Shown: positions 30,101-41,900 of the stretch, in pieces | Numbering within the stretch: the first letter of the stretch is position 1 | Layout: every line of letters starts with the position of its first letter | NCBI GenBank assembly: GCA_963719085.1 | Contig: CAVRAL010000001.1 | Span: 352,378 to 416,377 of the forward strand | DNA from: a candidate division FCPU426 bacterium | GTDB lineage: Bacteria > Oederibacteriota > Muellerivitia > Muellerivitales > Muellerivitaceae | DNA: 64,000 nucleotides | Direction of reading: 5' to 3' | Translations under genes and position numbers: made by a program | The notes under the pieces: model-generated | Told to the model about the DNA's origin: nothing | The model's input: only the letters and a program-made list of their open reading frames with translations | The model's database searches: none

Positions 30101-30462
30101 GTTCGGTGATCTTCATCGCCAAGCGGCTTTCGGACATGGGTTTAAAACTGGTGGCCACCCAAGGCACGGCGCAGGCTTTGATTTCCAACGGAATGGAAGT
30201 GACCGTGGTGCGCAAGGTGCACGAGGGAAGACCCAATGTGGTCGACCTCATTAAGAACGGTGAAATCCAACTGATCTTTAACACGCCCGCGGGCAAGGGG
30301 CCCCGGTCGGATGATTTCCAAATCCGCCGCACGGCGGTGGTTTACAACGTGCCCTGCATTACCACGCTCTCGGCTTGCGCCGCCGCCGTCAACGGCATTG
30401 AGGCCATGAAAAAGCATGAGATCCGGGTGAAGTCGCTCCAGGAATACCACAACCTCGCCTAA
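27163..30462 (+). CDS. carB: carbamoyl-phosphate synthase large subunit
   Basis: [30 protein letters not shown] start; two ATP-grasp halves + MGS-like domain; 8-nt overlap with carA. Confidence 0.9.
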   Translation: MPKRTDIKKILVVGAGPIIIGQACEFDYSGTQGCKALKEEGFEVILINSNPATIMTDPEFAHRTYVEPITPEVVRKIIERERPDAMLPTLGGQTALNIAVALAENGTLNEFKVELIGANLAAIKKAEDRQLFKEAMLKIGLDLPKSLTVHTLEEGIGFAEGNGFPVIIRPAFTLGGTGGGIAYNRQEFEEILSKGIDLSPIHQCLVEESALGWKEYEMEVMRDLKDNVVIICSIENMDPMGIHTGDSVTVAPAQTLTDKEYQRMRDASIACIREIGVDTGGSNIQFGVDPKTGRMVVIEMNPRVSRSSALASKATGFPIAKIAAKLAVGYTLDEIFNDITRYTKAAFEPSIDYVVTKIPRFTFEKFPDAEDILNTSMKSVGETMAIGRTFKESYQKALRSMETGSTGYGAEGREFKDGRWQKTGVRKPGKLPVDLLEAQLRKPTSIRHFFIRQAFWQGYDVDKIYKLCAIDPWFLNELKEIVDMEKALEKSTAKSGKLTTKLPEDLLRQAKAMGFSDVQLAFLCKAKETAVRSYRKLKGVKPVYKMVDTCAGEFEAFTPYLYSTYELGKSSFAGKDTEAPPTKEQKIMILGGGPNRIGQGIEFDYCCVHGAFALRADGYEVIMVNNNPETVSTDYDTSNRLYFEPLTFEDVMNILDREKPKGVIVQFGGQTPLKLAVPLKQAGAPIIGTSPESIDVAEDRKLFGALLKRLKIRQPDNGIAMNVKQAKPVARKVGYPVVVRPSYVLGGRAMEIVYDEESLDEFVQKAAEAAPDKPILIDHFLEDALEVDVDCVSDGKEVLVAGIMEHIEEAGIHSGDSACVIPPYTLREDQIAAIKKHSKEMALALKVKGLMNVQYAIKNDMVYVLEVNPRASRTVPFVSKATGTSWAKVAARLMAGKSIALLKIKEVSYLKHVAVKESVFPFNRFPGVDTVLGPEMKSTGEVMGIDTDFGMAFSKSQMGANSSLPMKGTVFVSVKNKDKRSVIFIAKRLSDMGLKLVATQGTAQALISNGMEVTVVRKVHEGRPNVVDLIKNGEIQLIFNTPAGKGPRSDDFQIRRTAVVYNVPCITTLSACAAAVNGIEAMKKHEIRVKSLQEYHNLA

Positions 30463-30592
30463 TCCGTATAAAATTAGTGACAATTAATTAACTTGCCGTT
30501 TAAGTTTGTCCATATAGAATGCTTCGACATAGAAGCTATTTAGATCATTATTTTTTTCAAATATAAAACCGGCTGTTTATTTGAGGTTCCGT

Positions 30593-33500
30593 ATGGCTCT
30601 AAAACGAGTTCCGTCCATTTTTCTGTTTTCCTCGTCCTTCATTGCTTTTTTCCTGTCCGTCCACTCTTTGTGGGCCATCACCAACATCCCCTCCCAAGCT
30701 TGGAACACCGATATCGCGGGCAATACCAGCTACATTGACGGCGCCCCGATCGGGGGATTGGGCGCTGGCACCATTACCCGGAATTTCGCGGGCGATTTCT
30801 ATTTGGGGCGCTTAAAAATCGCGGCGGCTCCCTCCACGGTTACCAATCTGCCCTACACGATCGACACCAATTGCGGTTTCTACATGTACCAGAAGCAAAT
30901 CAATCAGACCGCCGTCACGAGAAAACTGGACGCCGCTGGTCTTGGCGCCGGCCAGGCAAAGTATTACTCGCTTTTTCCCAAAGCTTGGGTGGATTATTTC
31001 GGAACGGACTTTCCTTGTGAGGCGAAGCTGACCCAGTTTTCCCCGATCATCCCCGGGGATTATCAGAGGACCAGTTATCCCGAAGGGATTTATGAATGGG
31101 ACGTCACCAACAGCAAGACGGTGTCCTGCGATGTGGCCGTGATGTTGACGTGGGATAATACTTTCGGAGGCAATACCTCGGCGGTTTCGATTTTAGGAAA
31201 CAATACGGGGATTGTGTTGAGCCGTTCGGGCGGAGTGGGCACCCTCGCGAACACCGGTGAATTTACGATCGCCACCCAAAGCTCAGCCGGCGTTAACGTC
31301 ACTTATCAAACGGGGACCTTGGCCACACTGCAGTCGACCTTTTCAAGCGCCGGATTACTGAACAAGACTTCAACCTCCACTATCACGGGCGCGATTGCCT
31401 TCAAAGTCACCCTGGCCCCCGGTCAATCGGTCAAAATTCCAATTGTGTTGGCTTGGGACCTTCCCATTTGCCAGCCAGGCACCGCTTCCTGGTACCGGGA
31501 ATACACCCGTTATTACGGGCGGACCGGGCTTAATTCTTTTTCCATCGCCAATGACGCGCTGAACAACTACCAAGCTTGGGAAGCCTCAATTGACAGTTGG
31601 CAGAACAGCGTCTTGAGCCAGGCTTACCCGGATTGGTTGAAATCCGCCCTGTTCAATGAGCTTTATTATTATTTCGCCGGTGGAACCATGTGGGAAGCGG
31701 GGGCGGCTTCCGGACAATTAGATAATCCGAATGAGGACATGTTTTCCAGTTTGGAAAGTTATATCTATCCTTTTTACGGGACCTCGGATGTCCGCTTTTA
31801 CGCTTCCTGGGCATTGGCTCAACTGTGGCCCAATGTGGACAAGCAGGAAGTCGAGCAGTTTTGCGATAGCGTGACCACGACCCGATCCGATCGGCCCGCC
31901 CCTCTGGGCAGCTGCGCCCATGATTTTGGCGCTCCGATCAGCGTTTTCCAACAATGGGATTCCTACGGCACCAGCGCGCTGAATTGGAAAGACTTGAATT
32001 CAAAACTGGTTTTGATGGTCTACCGGGATTGGAATTTGACCGGAGCGTCGGATACCACCTTCCTCAATTATTGCTGGCCCGCGATTCAGACGGCCATGAA
32101 TAAGGTCCACAGTGAATGTGACGCCAGCGGTCTTCCGGTGGACAGCGGTCCGGACCAAACTTATGACACCATTAATTTGACGGGTAATTCCGCCTATTGC
32201 GGCGGTCTTTTCCTGGCGGCCTGCGAGGCGGCCCAGCAAATCGCCTTGGCCGAAGGCAACCCGACCCTTGCCGCCACTTACCAGTCCTGGTTCAACGCGG
32301 CCCAGCCCAATTTTGAATCCTTATTATGGAACGGCAGTTATTACAACATTGATACGGGCAGCGGCGCGGGCGTTTCCGGGGTGGGCCGGATTATGGCGGA
32401 CCAGCTTTGCGGCCAGTGGTACGCCAAGGCCTGCGGCCTGCCGGGAATCGTGTCGGACGCCCATGCCGTCAGCGCCTGGCAAAAAGTGCACGATGCCAAT
32501 TGGTCGGGATTCGACGGCGGGGCCCATGGGGCGGTCAATATCTTGAACGGCAACGGAACGCAGAATTTTTCCGATAACGAAAGCGAGGAGGTCTGGGCCG
32601 GCACTAATTGGGGCATCGTGGCGGGGATGGTCCAACAGGGAATGACCACTCAGGCCGCCGACATCGGCAGCAGCGTCTACAATACGGTTTGGAATCTGGG
32701 CCAATGGTGGTTCCGCACGCCGGAAGCCTGGCAGGCCGGCTTGACCAATATGCGGGCGCCTTACTATATGCGGGCCAACGCGGTCTGGGCGGTCAAGCGG
32801 GCTTATGACTTCCAACTCGCTCCGCCTTCCTGCGGGAGCATGACCTGCACCCCGACGCCGACCTTTGCCCTGCCGCCGACCCTCACGCCCACCATCACCT
32901 TTACGCCGTTGCCTTGTCTAAACTTTGGGACGAGCCCCACTTTCACCGCTACGAGTACCCCTACCCCGGGAACCTACATGGGAAATCAATTCTTGGCTAC
33001 GTCATCGACCATCAAGTCTTTCAATAATAACTCCTTGGTCTTTTCCAGCCGATTTACCGCCCAAAGAACGGATTCGGTGGCTTCGGTAAAACTTCTTTTT
33101 AGTTCGGCTGTGGGCAATCCATCATATGTTCTTTCGATCCAGGGCGATCAAGGCGGTAACCCCAATGGCGTTCCCTATTGCGATATTTCCAACCCGGTTG
33201 CGATGAGCGGTTTCGCTGGCTGGCAGCAATTTAATTTCAGCGTTCCGGTCCAACTTATTTCAGGGAATGTATACCACTTGGTCCTCCAATGGAGCGGTTT
33301 GGGGAATTCTTTGGCGACTTCAAATATGGTGGGCTTCGTGGCAGGAACCGCCCCCTTAAACCGGTATTATCCTTTCGATTTGGTGCAAGATTCGGCCTTA
33401 AATTTCCTGTCCAATACCGGATCGGGTTGGACCGTGAATGGTCTGCAACCTATTTTTGAGATTAATTATTCCTCGGGCGCTATAGAGGGCAATCCTTACA

Positions 33501-35437
33501 ACGGGCAAACGAGTTACGCAATTGACAATCTATATGTAAGGGCGGAACAGTTCTCGGTGGGACCCGATCCGATGACGGTTACCAGTGTTGGCGCTTATGT
33601 GAATGCCCTCGGCGGACCTCCGGCTGATGACCTCCATTGGGAATTTCGCACCGCGGGGAATAACACGGTCATTCCAGGGGAATCGGGTATTCTGGCTCAG
33701 GCCAGCCAAGTGCCCATGGCGGGCGGATGGGTGGACAAGTCTATTTCGCCGGTGGTCTTGGCGCCCGGAAATTATATCTTTGCCTTGAGCGCTCCCGCCG
33801 CCACCGACAGCCTCGATTACGGTTGGGGCGAGACGCGTAGTTCCTCAGGCACTTCATCAGAGGAACCGGCTTTAAGCTATGGGGGAGCTAATTGGTTTGG
33901 GCTTATCTCCCAGGATGGGGGAAATAGCTGGTCTTCCGACCTGAACGGTGATTTTTGTTTCCGGATGGGGCAGAATCAAACACCGACAGTGACCCCCATC
34001 GGGACCGCCACGGCCACTCCATCGTTTTCATGGACTCCGACCTTGACGCCCAGTGGAACCCCCACCGGGACTTCCACCCCTGATCCAACCGATACCTTAA
34101 CCGCTTCGGCCACGCCGGACCCCACCGATACCGCTTCGCAGACGCCAACCCCGGACCCCACGGATACTCCAAGCGACACACCTACCTTCACTGTTTCCGA
34201 TACCCCGACCGAGACGCCGACTCCAACGGAGACTGCGACGGAGACTTGGACCGCTTCCGCCACGGCTTCGGCCACGCCGGACCCCACCGATACCGCTTCG
34301 CAGACGCCAACCCCGGACCCCACGGATACTCCAAGCGACACACCTACCTTCACTGTTTCCGATACCCCGACCGAGACGCCGACTCCAACGGAGACTGCGA
34401 CGGAGACTTGGACCGCTTCCGCTACGGCTTCGGCCACGCCGGACCCCACCGATACCGCTTCACAGACGCCAACCCCGGACCCCACGGATACTCCAAGCGA
34501 CACACCTACCTTCACTGTTTCCGATACCCCGACCGAGACGCCGACTCCAACGGAGACCGCGACGGAGACTTGGACCGCTTCCGCAACCGCCTCAGCGACG
34601 CCGGATCCCACGGATACATTAACCGCGACCCCGAGCGCAACGCCCACCGCGACCTTCACCGCCTCGGTTACCCCGACAGCGTCATCGACCGCGTCCTTCA
34701 CTCAAACCGCGACGCCGACTCCCACAGCCACGCTTACACCCACAAAAACACCGACCAGCTCACCCACGAATACCGTGACTTTGACCCCGACCCCGACAAT
34801 GACCGCTACCAAAACCTCCACGCCTACCCCCAATTTTACCCCGACGAAAACCCGGACTGCCTCCATTACCCCTACGGCAACGGTGACGGCAACGCCGACC
34901 AAAACCCCCGCGGCCCCGACGGCGACCCTCACCAAGACGCCGACGATTACCCGAACCTTCACGCCGACAATCACGAAAACTCCCACCAAAACCCCGACAA
35001 AAACGCCCACCAAGACGCCGACGCCCAAGGCCGGGAAGGCCTTTTCAAGCCAAGCGGTTATTTTGGATCCGGAGCAGACACTGACCCCCGCGCCTTTCGA
35101 AACCAGGCCGCCGGATGCGACCCCCACGCCTACTCCGGTTTTATCTCCCGGCCCGTTGGTTTCGGTTTGGCCGAATATTTCCCGCAATGGCCAGGCTTTG
35201 CATTGGCGGTTATGGCTGACGGCGCCTGCTCTCATCGACATAAAAATTTTCGACGTGACCGGGGAATTGGTTTATCAAATGAAACTGCCGGGTTCGGCTG
35301 GGATCAATGACATTCCCTGGGAGCTTCAAAATTTATCCGGCAGACCCGTGGCTTCCGGTTTGTACATTTATTGGGCGCAGATAAGCTCCGGAACCGTCGC
35401 AGGGCATCAATCGGGGCATGTGGTCGTTCTGAATTAA
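30593..35437 (+). CDS. secreted GH116-like (GBA2-type beta-glycosidase) multidomain surface protein with Thr/Pro-rich repeats and C-terminal sorting-like domain
   Basis: Signal peptide; GBA2_N-like [25 protein letters not shown]; DUF608/GH116 catalytic region; TPT linkers; two beta-sandwich-like modules; 3x54-aa perfect repeats; C-terminal ~90 aa ending [26 protein letters not shown]. Confidence 0.8.
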   Translation: MALKRVPSIFLFSSSFIAFFLSVHSLWAITNIPSQAWNTDIAGNTSYIDGAPIGGLGAGTITRNFAGDFYLGRLKIAAAPSTVTNLPYTIDTNCGFYMYQKQINQTAVTRKLDAAGLGAGQAKYYSLFPKAWVDYFGTDFPCEAKLTQFSPIIPGDYQRTSYPEGIYEWDVTNSKTVSCDVAVMLTWDNTFGGNTSAVSILGNNTGIVLSRSGGVGTLANTGEFTIATQSSAGVNVTYQTGTLATLQSTFSSAGLLNKTSTSTITGAIAFKVTLAPGQSVKIPIVLAWDLPICQPGTASWYREYTRYYGRTGLNSFSIANDALNNYQAWEASIDSWQNSVLSQAYPDWLKSALFNELYYYFAGGTMWEAGAASGQLDNPNEDMFSSLESYIYPFYGTSDVRFYASWALAQLWPNVDKQEVEQFCDSVTTTRSDRPAPLGSCAHDFGAPISVFQQWDSYGTSALNWKDLNSKLVLMVYRDWNLTGASDTTFLNYCWPAIQTAMNKVHSECDASGLPVDSGPDQTYDTINLTGNSAYCGGLFLAACEAAQQIALAEGNPTLAATYQSWFNAAQPNFESLLWNGSYYNIDTGSGAGVSGVGRIMADQLCGQWYAKACGLPGIVSDAHAVSAWQKVHDANWSGFDGGAHGAVNILNGNGTQNFSDNESEEVWAGTNWGIVAGMVQQGMTTQAADIGSSVYNTVWNLGQWWFRTPEAWQAGLTNMRAPYYMRANAVWAVKRAYDFQLAPPSCGSMTCTPTPTFALPPTLTPTITFTPLPCLNFGTSPTFTATSTPTPGTYMGNQFLATSSTIKSFNNNSLVFSSRFTAQRTDSVASVKLLFSSAVGNPSYVLSIQGDQGGNPNGVPYCDISNPVAMSGFAGWQQFNFSVPVQLISGNVYHLVLQWSGLGNSLATSNMVGFVAGTAPLNRYYPFDLVQDSALNFLSNTGSGWTVNGLQPIFEINYSSGAIEGNPYNGQTSYAIDNLYVRAEQFSVGPDPMTVTSVGAYVNALGGPPADDLHWEFRTAGNNTVIPGESGILAQASQVPMAGGWVDKSISPVVLAPGNYIFALSAPAATDSLDYGWGETRSSSGTSSEEPALSYGGANWFGLISQDGGNSWSSDLNGDFCFRMGQNQTPTVTPIGTATATPSFSWTPTLTPSGTPTGTSTPDPTDTLTASATPDPTDTASQTPTPDPTDTPSDTPTFTVSDTPTETPTPTETATETWTASATASATPDPTDTASQTPTPDPTDTPSDTPTFTVSDTPTETPTPTETATETWTASATASATPDPTDTASQTPTPDPTDTPSDTPTFTVSDTPTETPTPTETATETWTASATASATPDPTDTLTATPSATPTATFTASVTPTASSTASFTQTATPTPTATLTPTKTPTSSPTNTVTLTPTPTMTATKTSTPTPNFTPTKTRTASITPTATVTATPTKTPAAPTATLTKTPTITRTFTPTITKTPTKTPTKTPTKTPTPKAGKAFSSQAVILDPEQTLTPAPFETRPPDATPTPTPVLSPGPLVSVWPNISRNGQALHWRLWLTAPALIDIKIFDVTGELVYQMKLPGSAGINDIPWELQNLSGRPVASGLYIYWAQISSGTVAGHQSGHVVVLN
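34111..34596 (+). repeat. 3 x 162-bp near-perfect in-frame tandem repeat inside GH116-like gene (54-aa Thr/Pro/Asp unit)
   Basis: Unit CACGCCGGACCCCACCGATACCGCTTCGCAGACGCCAACCCC... recurs at 34111, 34273, 34435; protein unit [54 protein letters not shown]. Confidence 0.85.
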
Positions 35438-35586
35438 GAGGGGGTTAAATTTCTTCCCCTGGAATATGCCCCTCCTGCATCAAGACTATGAAAAGGCTTG
35501 AAATTCAGTTAAAGTCGCTCCCGAAATACCACAATCTGACCTAACCGCTCCAATGGCGGCCTGAATTTATTGGGAACGGCAATGGC

Positions 35587-37698
35587 ATGGGCTTCAAAAA
35601 ATATTTTTTCAATGACGCTCCTTGGGTTTGTTTTTTTATTTTTCTCGTTTCCAACCTCCTTCTTTCAAATTCAGGGGTGCCCCTTTCCATTAAATTAGTC
35701 GTATTCATTTTTGGAATCCTCGCGCCGCTGGTTTTTCTCGCTCGGCGGCCCATGGAGCCGAACTCATGGGCCGGCCGGGATTTTTTGCCCTCCGCCTCGA
35801 CCGGAGTTTGGTTTCTTTTGGGTTTGGCCGCTGTTTTTATCCGTTTTTATCATTTGGAAACCCTTTTTTCCTGGCCCAATACGGATGAGGGGTTGTACGG
35901 GGTCTTGGCGATCGATCAGGATCAAAAATGGTCTTGGCGTTTTTTTTATACCTTCGGCCAAAATCCACCCCTCCTCGTTTGGGTTCTCAGCTTCTTTTTC
36001 AGGATATTCAAATCCCCCTTCTTGGCCCTGTGGCTTTTACCGGCTTTGGCTTCCACGCTCACCATCGGTTTTTTTTATCTCGCCCTTCGCGCCTATTTCT
36101 CAAAATCCATTGGCTTCATCGGGTTTTGCCTGATGGCTTTCAGCCTCTGGCCCTTTTACTTTGGCCGTTGGTGCCACGCGGGCGCGCTGATTCCGCCCTG
36201 GGAATGTATTTGCCTTTGGTTGTTGGCGATTTTTTTAAAGGAGGCGGATTTTTCCCGTAAGAAAAAATGGGCCGGGTTATTGGGGTTTGCCGTCGGATTG
36301 GGCTCCCTGACTTTTACTCCCTGGCCCTTCGCGGCCTTGGCGTTAATAGCCGCTTTCGGGGCGTCCGTGCTCAACGACGCCCGGAAAAATAGAGTTTTGA
36401 TCTTTTATTTTGGAATTCCTTTTTTCGCCGCCTTGATTCCTTTCTTCATCGGGGTTTGGCGGGAGGGATACGGCGAGCATATCGAGGCTATGGCGGCTTG
36501 GAGCGGGTGGTTTGCCTTGACGCGGCAGGGTTTGACCATCGTTTCTTACGGGGCATCGCTTTTTTGGGGGACCTTGGAAGGGGACTCCATTTATACCGCG
36601 GATTCCGGCGGGATGTTAAACCCTGTTTGGGGGGCGGCTTTCTTCCTGGGAGCCGCCCAGCTTTACCGCGAAAGGGCCAAAGTCTGGGCCCGGTGGACGG
36701 CCCTGTCCTTTTTCATTTGCCTGCTTCCTGGATTTTTTTCAATGAACGTGGAAATGTTCCGGGTGATCCAGGTTCTTCCTTTTCTCTTGGGAATCACCGC
36801 CCTGGGTTTGGCGGTCCTTTTGGCCCGAATCCCAATACCCTGGCGCGGCGCGGCTTTTTTTATTTTGGCGGCTCTGAGCGCGGGAATGGATGGGACCACG
36901 GTTCTCCGGGCCCATGGCCTAAACCCGGATTCGGCCGCGGCGGCGCGAAGCGGCCTGCCCCTGGGCGAAATAAGAGCCTATAAAATACTGAAAGACACCA
37001 GCGTCCATTTTGGAAACGGATTGATTTTCACTGAATTTTCGCAAAGCGCTTTCGACCAAACGCCCTTTGTCACCAGCTACGGTTTCAACTGCGCCGAGAA
37101 TCCGAAACTGGATCCCGCGAAGGCCCAATGGGCGGCGGTTTTAACCACGGTGGACTATCGGGATTTTTTGAGCCCTCGATTTACCGGCGCCCGCTGGTTT
37201 TGGCTGGACCCGGACGTCCCTTCGGGGAAGACCCTGTTGGGGCTCATTCCGGTCAACCCCGACAACCGCGCTCTTTTAACCCGGTGGACCCAGGCCCATC
37301 ATTATTTCCGGGAACTCAGCCGGGGGATTTTCAATATCCAAGGGGACGCGACTTGTTTGGCGGCGGAAAATCTAATTGAACAACCGCCTTCCATCCTTCA
37401 AGGGGACCGGTTTTTAGAATCCTGTTATTGGCGGAGGCGGGCGCAGTTTTATTACGACCACAATTACGCGGTCCACTATCAGGACCAATTGGACGCGCTC
37501 AAACAGGCTGTCGCCGAGGGTTATCCCACTTCCGATTTGGATTATCAACTCGGAAGTCTTTTGCTTCGAAAAAAGGAATGGCGGGATTCACGGGCGGCTT
37601 TTGAAGCGGCCTTGCGTTTGAACCCGGGCGACCCGGACGTGAAGTCGGCCTTGAATTTATTAACGTTCAGGGAAAAAGAAGTCGGGGACAAAAAATAG
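35587..37698 (+). CDS. GT-C fold membrane glycosyltransferase (PMT/ArnT-like, PMT_2 family) with C-terminal TPR repeats
   Basis: ~12 TM helices, DE motif (NTDEGLYG) in first periplasmic loop, C-terminal TPR-like soluble domain. Confidence 0.75.
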   Translation: MGFKKYFFNDAPWVCFFIFLVSNLLLSNSGVPLSIKLVVFIFGILAPLVFLARRPMEPNSWAGRDFLPSASTGVWFLLGLAAVFIRFYHLETLFSWPNTDEGLYGVLAIDQDQKWSWRFFYTFGQNPPLLVWVLSFFFRIFKSPFLALWLLPALASTLTIGFFYLALRAYFSKSIGFIGFCLMAFSLWPFYFGRWCHAGALIPPWECICLWLLAIFLKEADFSRKKKWAGLLGFAVGLGSLTFTPWPFAALALIAAFGASVLNDARKNRVLIFYFGIPFFAALIPFFIGVWREGYGEHIEAMAAWSGWFALTRQGLTIVSYGASLFWGTLEGDSIYTADSGGMLNPVWGAAFFLGAAQLYRERAKVWARWTALSFFICLLPGFFSMNVEMFRVIQVLPFLLGITALGLAVLLARIPIPWRGAAFFILAALSAGMDGTTVLRAHGLNPDSAAAARSGLPLGEIRAYKILKDTSVHFGNGLIFTEFSQSAFDQTPFVTSYGFNCAENPKLDPAKAQWAAVLTTVDYRDFLSPRFTGARWFWLDPDVPSGKTLLGLIPVNPDNRALLTRWTQAHHYFRELSRGIFNIQGDATCLAAENLIEQPPSILQGDRFLESCYWRRRAQFYYDHNYAVHYQDQLDALKQAVAEGYPTSDLDYQLGSLLLRKKEWRDSRAAFEAALRLNPGDPDVKSALNLLTFREKEVGDKK

Positions 37699-37793
37699 TT
37701 TAAGTTTCGTTTTCCCTCGCCGCCGGCAAACCCTGCCCGGGCCGTGAAAAATGCGGAAAATCCGGGGAATCAGCTCGGAGAATGCCGCGGCCT

Positions 37794-38951
37794 TTATAAA
37801 GCCAATTCCGGGAAATAAAACCTCAAAATCTTCCGCCAATCCCAGCCTTTTTTGGCCAGCGCGAGGGCGCCGTCCTGGCAAAGGCCCACGCCGTGGCCTT
37901 GGCCCCGCCCCTCAAAATAATAAGTGTCCCCGGATCGCTTCCAAGTAAACCAAGCGCTGGGAAAAACCCGCCAGCCATTGTCCTTGCCGAATTGGGAAAT
38001 GAACTTTTGCGCGTTAATCCGCCTGTCCCGGGGGGGAGCGTCCGCGGCCGTGAAAATCGCCTCGAAGGTTTTATCGCGGCCGCCGGGGGTTTTTTCCAAG
38101 ACCCGCCAGGATAATAACTTCGTTCCCGGAGGCAAGCCGGCCGTTTCGACCAGGGCTTTTTCCACCTGGGGCGCGGGCGCGGAAGTTTTCCAACGATAAG
38201 ACGCCCCGCCTTGGCACAGCGTCTCGCCGTTGAGCTCATCCCGGGTCCGGGCAATGGGCTCGGACGCGCCGCCCCAAATGTCCCCGGCTGAATCCAGCGT
38301 CCCGCCGCAGTTTCGATGGAAATAATAATTGGGATGGGTTCCGGCGGCGGGAGCGGGAACCCCGGAGACCGTTTGGGCCACGTCGCGCCAATAGTCCATT
38401 CGTTGGGGTAGCCCCTCATATAAGAGGCAGTGGGCCAGGTCGCAGTAGTCATAACGTAAATGCCGCATGCGGTGGGTGAGGGCGTAGAGGCGCACCAACG
38501 CGGCGAGGGATTTGTCGTACTCGGGCCAGAGGCCATGGGGGTCGTCCGACTCCGCCGCGGACACGCAGGCCACGTAATCGTCCAGGCTGGGGTGGTTGAG
38601 GATTTGAAGTTCGGGTCCCGAAGCCTCGTTAAACAAGCGAATGGACAGGGTCCCGGGATAAACGCGGGTCATTTGGTTTACTTTAATTTTACAAAAACCG
38701 CCGACCCGGCCCCAAAGAGCCCCGGAACGGGCTTTGCCGTTGACCCACAAAAATCCACGTGATAATTTTACTTCGTCCCAAGGGCCCTGGCCCGAGGGGG
38801 TTTGAATCAAGATCGAGGCGGGGTTCAGTTTTTCCAGTATTCGGACCGAAAGGTCCGCGTCTTGCGCCGAGGCCTTGAGCGCCCAAGCGAAGACCGTGAG
38901 GAATCCTAAAAGCAGTTTCTTATTTTTAACTGTCAGTCTATTTAACCGCAT
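37794..38951 (-). CDS. SpoIID/LytB-domain protein (secreted)
   Basis: C-terminal GHGVGLCQDGALALAKKGW SpoIID signature; start at ATG (rc of 38949-38951) giving signal peptide MRLNRLTVKNKKLLLGFLTVFAWALKASA. Confidence 0.75.
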   Translation of the reverse strand: MRLNRLTVKNKKLLLGFLTVFAWALKASAQDADLSVRILEKLNPASILIQTPSGQGPWDEVKLSRGFLWVNGKARSGALWGRVGGFCKIKVNQMTRVYPGTLSIRLFNEASGPELQILNHPSLDDYVACVSAAESDDPHGLWPEYDKSLAALVRLYALTHRMRHLRYDYCDLAHCLLYEGLPQRMDYWRDVAQTVSGVPAPAAGTHPNYYFHRNCGGTLDSAGDIWGGASEPIARTRDELNGETLCQGGASYRWKTSAPAPQVEKALVETAGLPPGTKLLSWRVLEKTPGGRDKTFEAIFTAADAPPRDRRINAQKFISQFGKDNGWRVFPSAWFTWKRSGDTYYFEGRGQGHGVGLCQDGALALAKKGWDWRKILRFYFPELAL

Positions 38952-38979
38952 CCACGATATCTTACAGGAGATTTCCCCT

Positions 38980-41900
38980 ATGAAAAAGATTCTCGCTATC
39001 TGGGCCGCCATCGCCCTTCCGTTGGGCCTTGTTTTTCTCGCGGTGCGCTGGGCCAACCATCCCAACCTCGCGGCTTTTTTCCTTCATCCGGGCTTGTCTT
39101 TCTTTTTGGTTTTTGTTTTCGCGCTTTACTTGATCCGCCGATTTTTGCTGGTGAAGCCCGGTTTGTATGTCCGGGGGTTTGGAATTTGGCTGGCGGTGCG
39201 TTATTTCACCCAGTGTTTTTCCACGAACAACGTTCCCAGCCAAAATGACCTGGCTTTAGCCGCTTGGTCTTTTTACGCCGCCCTGGCGGGCGCCTCGCTT
39301 TTTTTCCTGGGAATGGAAGAGTTCGAGGGCCTGGCGTTGAAAGTTTTGAAACGTAAAAAACTTCCGGCCTTTCTGGGCGCGGTCCTACTGGGCCTCTTGG
39401 CGGCCTTGGTGTTTGGGGGCGCCAACGCCTCGGGCTATGGTTTGTCTTCCCGGATCTTGTTTCTTTTAGCCGGCGGTTTTTGCGTCCTGGGCGCTTTGAT
39501 CCGCGCCTATATTCTCAAGGCGGACCCGGAGTACCTCACCGGGTTTGTTTGGCTTTACCTGGCCCTGAAACTGAATACTTTATATTCGCCTGGTTTTGTT
39601 CCCTCGATTCATTTCCCCATGAACTGGCTTTTTAACGCGCATATCTTTTTTTCATTTTTGGTCTATGTCTTTTGGGAAAAACTCCTGCAGCCCAAGTCCA
39701 AGGCCCGGATTTTTATCGGCGCTTTCGCCGTCGCCGGTTTTCTTTTCACCTTTTTCCTGCAATCCACCCTTTGGACCTGCCAAATCCTGATCGTGGCGGG
39801 CTTGCTGATGTGGAATCTGGGCTGGGATAAAAAAACCGCCCAGCTTCCTTGGGTGGTGAAAGCGCGGGCCTGGGCTCAAAAGATTTTGGCCAACCCGAAA
39901 TTGAAAATGCTGGTCGACAAGTCCGGGAAAAAGGCCGCTTCGTTGGGGGGCCTTTTAGCCGCCTGGTCGAAAAAGCCGGTGGTGAAATGGTCGGCCGCGG
40001 GTTTGGCCGGGTTGGTGGTTTTGGCCTTGCTGGGCAATCTGGTTTATCAAATGTTGTCGACTTACGTGATCAGCTTTACCCCCGCGGGCACGTTGACTTC
40101 TGCCAGCACCGTGATCCGGGTGAAATTTTCCAATGACATTACCGTGGCGGGAACCCTGGACTCGGCTTTCCAAATAACGCCGCCGCTTCCCGGGACCACC
40201 CGTTTGGAAGACTCCAAAACCTTGGTTTACACCCCCGGGGCGCCTCTTTTACCGGCCACCACTTATCGGGTGAGGCTGGATACTTCCGAACTGCGGGCTA
40301 AATCCTTATTTCTCCAGGGAAGCGCTAAGACGGTTTTCGCCACCGAGCCCTTTCAAGTGGTCAGCAACCGGCTTTTCTATACCTACGATCTGGTCAAGGG
40401 AACCGAGAAGGAATTGGTGGGGGAATTGGAGTTTAATTACCCGGTGGAGCTCCAGCGCCTGAATCAGGCCTTGAGCGTGACCCGGGGGAACCAATCGCTG
40501 GCTTTTTCCTTGGAACCCGGAACCCTTCCTACGCGGTTTTTCTTTAAGGCCGGGGGGCTGACCCGTGATTTTGATCCCCAGGTCCTGACGGTCAAGATCA
40601 GCGGGGACCTTTCTTGCGTGGATTGCGGAAACTCCCTTGCCAAACCTTTCCAGACCACCCTGGTGCTGCCCGCCCGGCCCAAGATGCGGGTCAACCAGGT
40701 TCAACTCCATCATGAGCCGGGCAACACCCTGATCTCGATTCTTTTCACCCTGCCGGCTTCGGCCGCCGAAGTGAAGAACAACGTCACGATTACGCCCGCC
40801 GTGCCTTTCACGGTCCAGACCGAGTATTGCTACGCGGTCCTTCGGGCCGACTTCCAACCCAACGTGAGCTATCAAGTCAAAATCAGCAAGGGGCTCCGCG
40901 CCCAGTCGGGCGAGATTTTGGACAATGATTATTCCCAGGCCCTTCAACTGCAAGACGTCCAGCCTTATGTGCGTTTCGCCGACCCGGGCCGTTTGATCCC
41001 GCTGGCGGGCGGCAAGCGGGTCGCGGTGAAGACGATGAATTTGGACGCCTATTCGGTGCGGGTGGTAAAGGTATTCCGGAACAACCTGGTGGATTTCCTG
41101 AAACGGGTCCATACCTACAGCAATGAGGACTATAACGGCGGCGAGTCTTATTCCTACGTGGAAGGCGATACCGACAGCATCGGCTCCCAGGTTTGGAGCG
41201 GCAATGTGACGGTGGAAGGCGGACAAATTAATCAGGAAGTGGAAACCGACCTGGATTTTTCCAAATGGCAGTCCGCGCCCTATAAAGGGCTTTTCGCGGT
41301 TTATTTGAACGGCTCCGACGGCGGGGGACAAGACGCCCGTTGGTTCGCGGCCACGGACTTGGGGCTTTTGACCAAACGCTCCGGAAACGATTTGTGGGTG
41401 CAGGCGATTTCCATCTCCACCCTGGCTCCCGCGGCGGGCGCCCATCTGCAGTTGTTGTCCGACAATAACCAGGTGATCGCCGAGGCGGATACGGATTTGG
41501 ACGGCCGGGCTTGGTTCAAGGACATCAACAATAATCCTTATAAGTTCACCCCCTTTGTGGTGGTGGCCAGTTTGGGCGACGATTGGTCTTTCTTGTCGCT
41601 CAATGACTCGCCTTTGGATCAATCCCGTTTTGACATCGGCGGCGACCCTTTCAGCACCGAAGGCTGGGATTCTTTCGTGACGTCGGACCGGGGTTTGTAC
41701 CGTCCCGGCGACACGGCCCATTTCACCGCCATCGTGCGGCACGCGGACCTGAAAACGCCCGAAGCCTTGCCGGTCAATTTGGTGGTGACGGACGCGGCCG
41801 GGAATCCGGTTTCCAAATTGGTTTCCAAACTGCAAAAAGGCGGACTGACGACTTTTGACCTGCCCGTTCCCCTGGATCTCTCGACGGGGACGCTGAACGC

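Noticed and set aside
30463-30592. Candidate promoter TTCGAC-17-CATTAT upstream of GH116-like gene
   Set aside because: Only 4/6 matches in each hexamer in a long AT-rich stretch; too weak to call without data.
33976-35310. ORFs 33976-34701 (-), 34702-35241 (-) and 34246-35310 (+) with VGVSVG / RYRF periodic sequences
   Set aside because: Products of reading the 162-bp tandem repeat and Thr/Pro codon runs of the GH116-like gene in other frames; periodic low-complexity artefacts.
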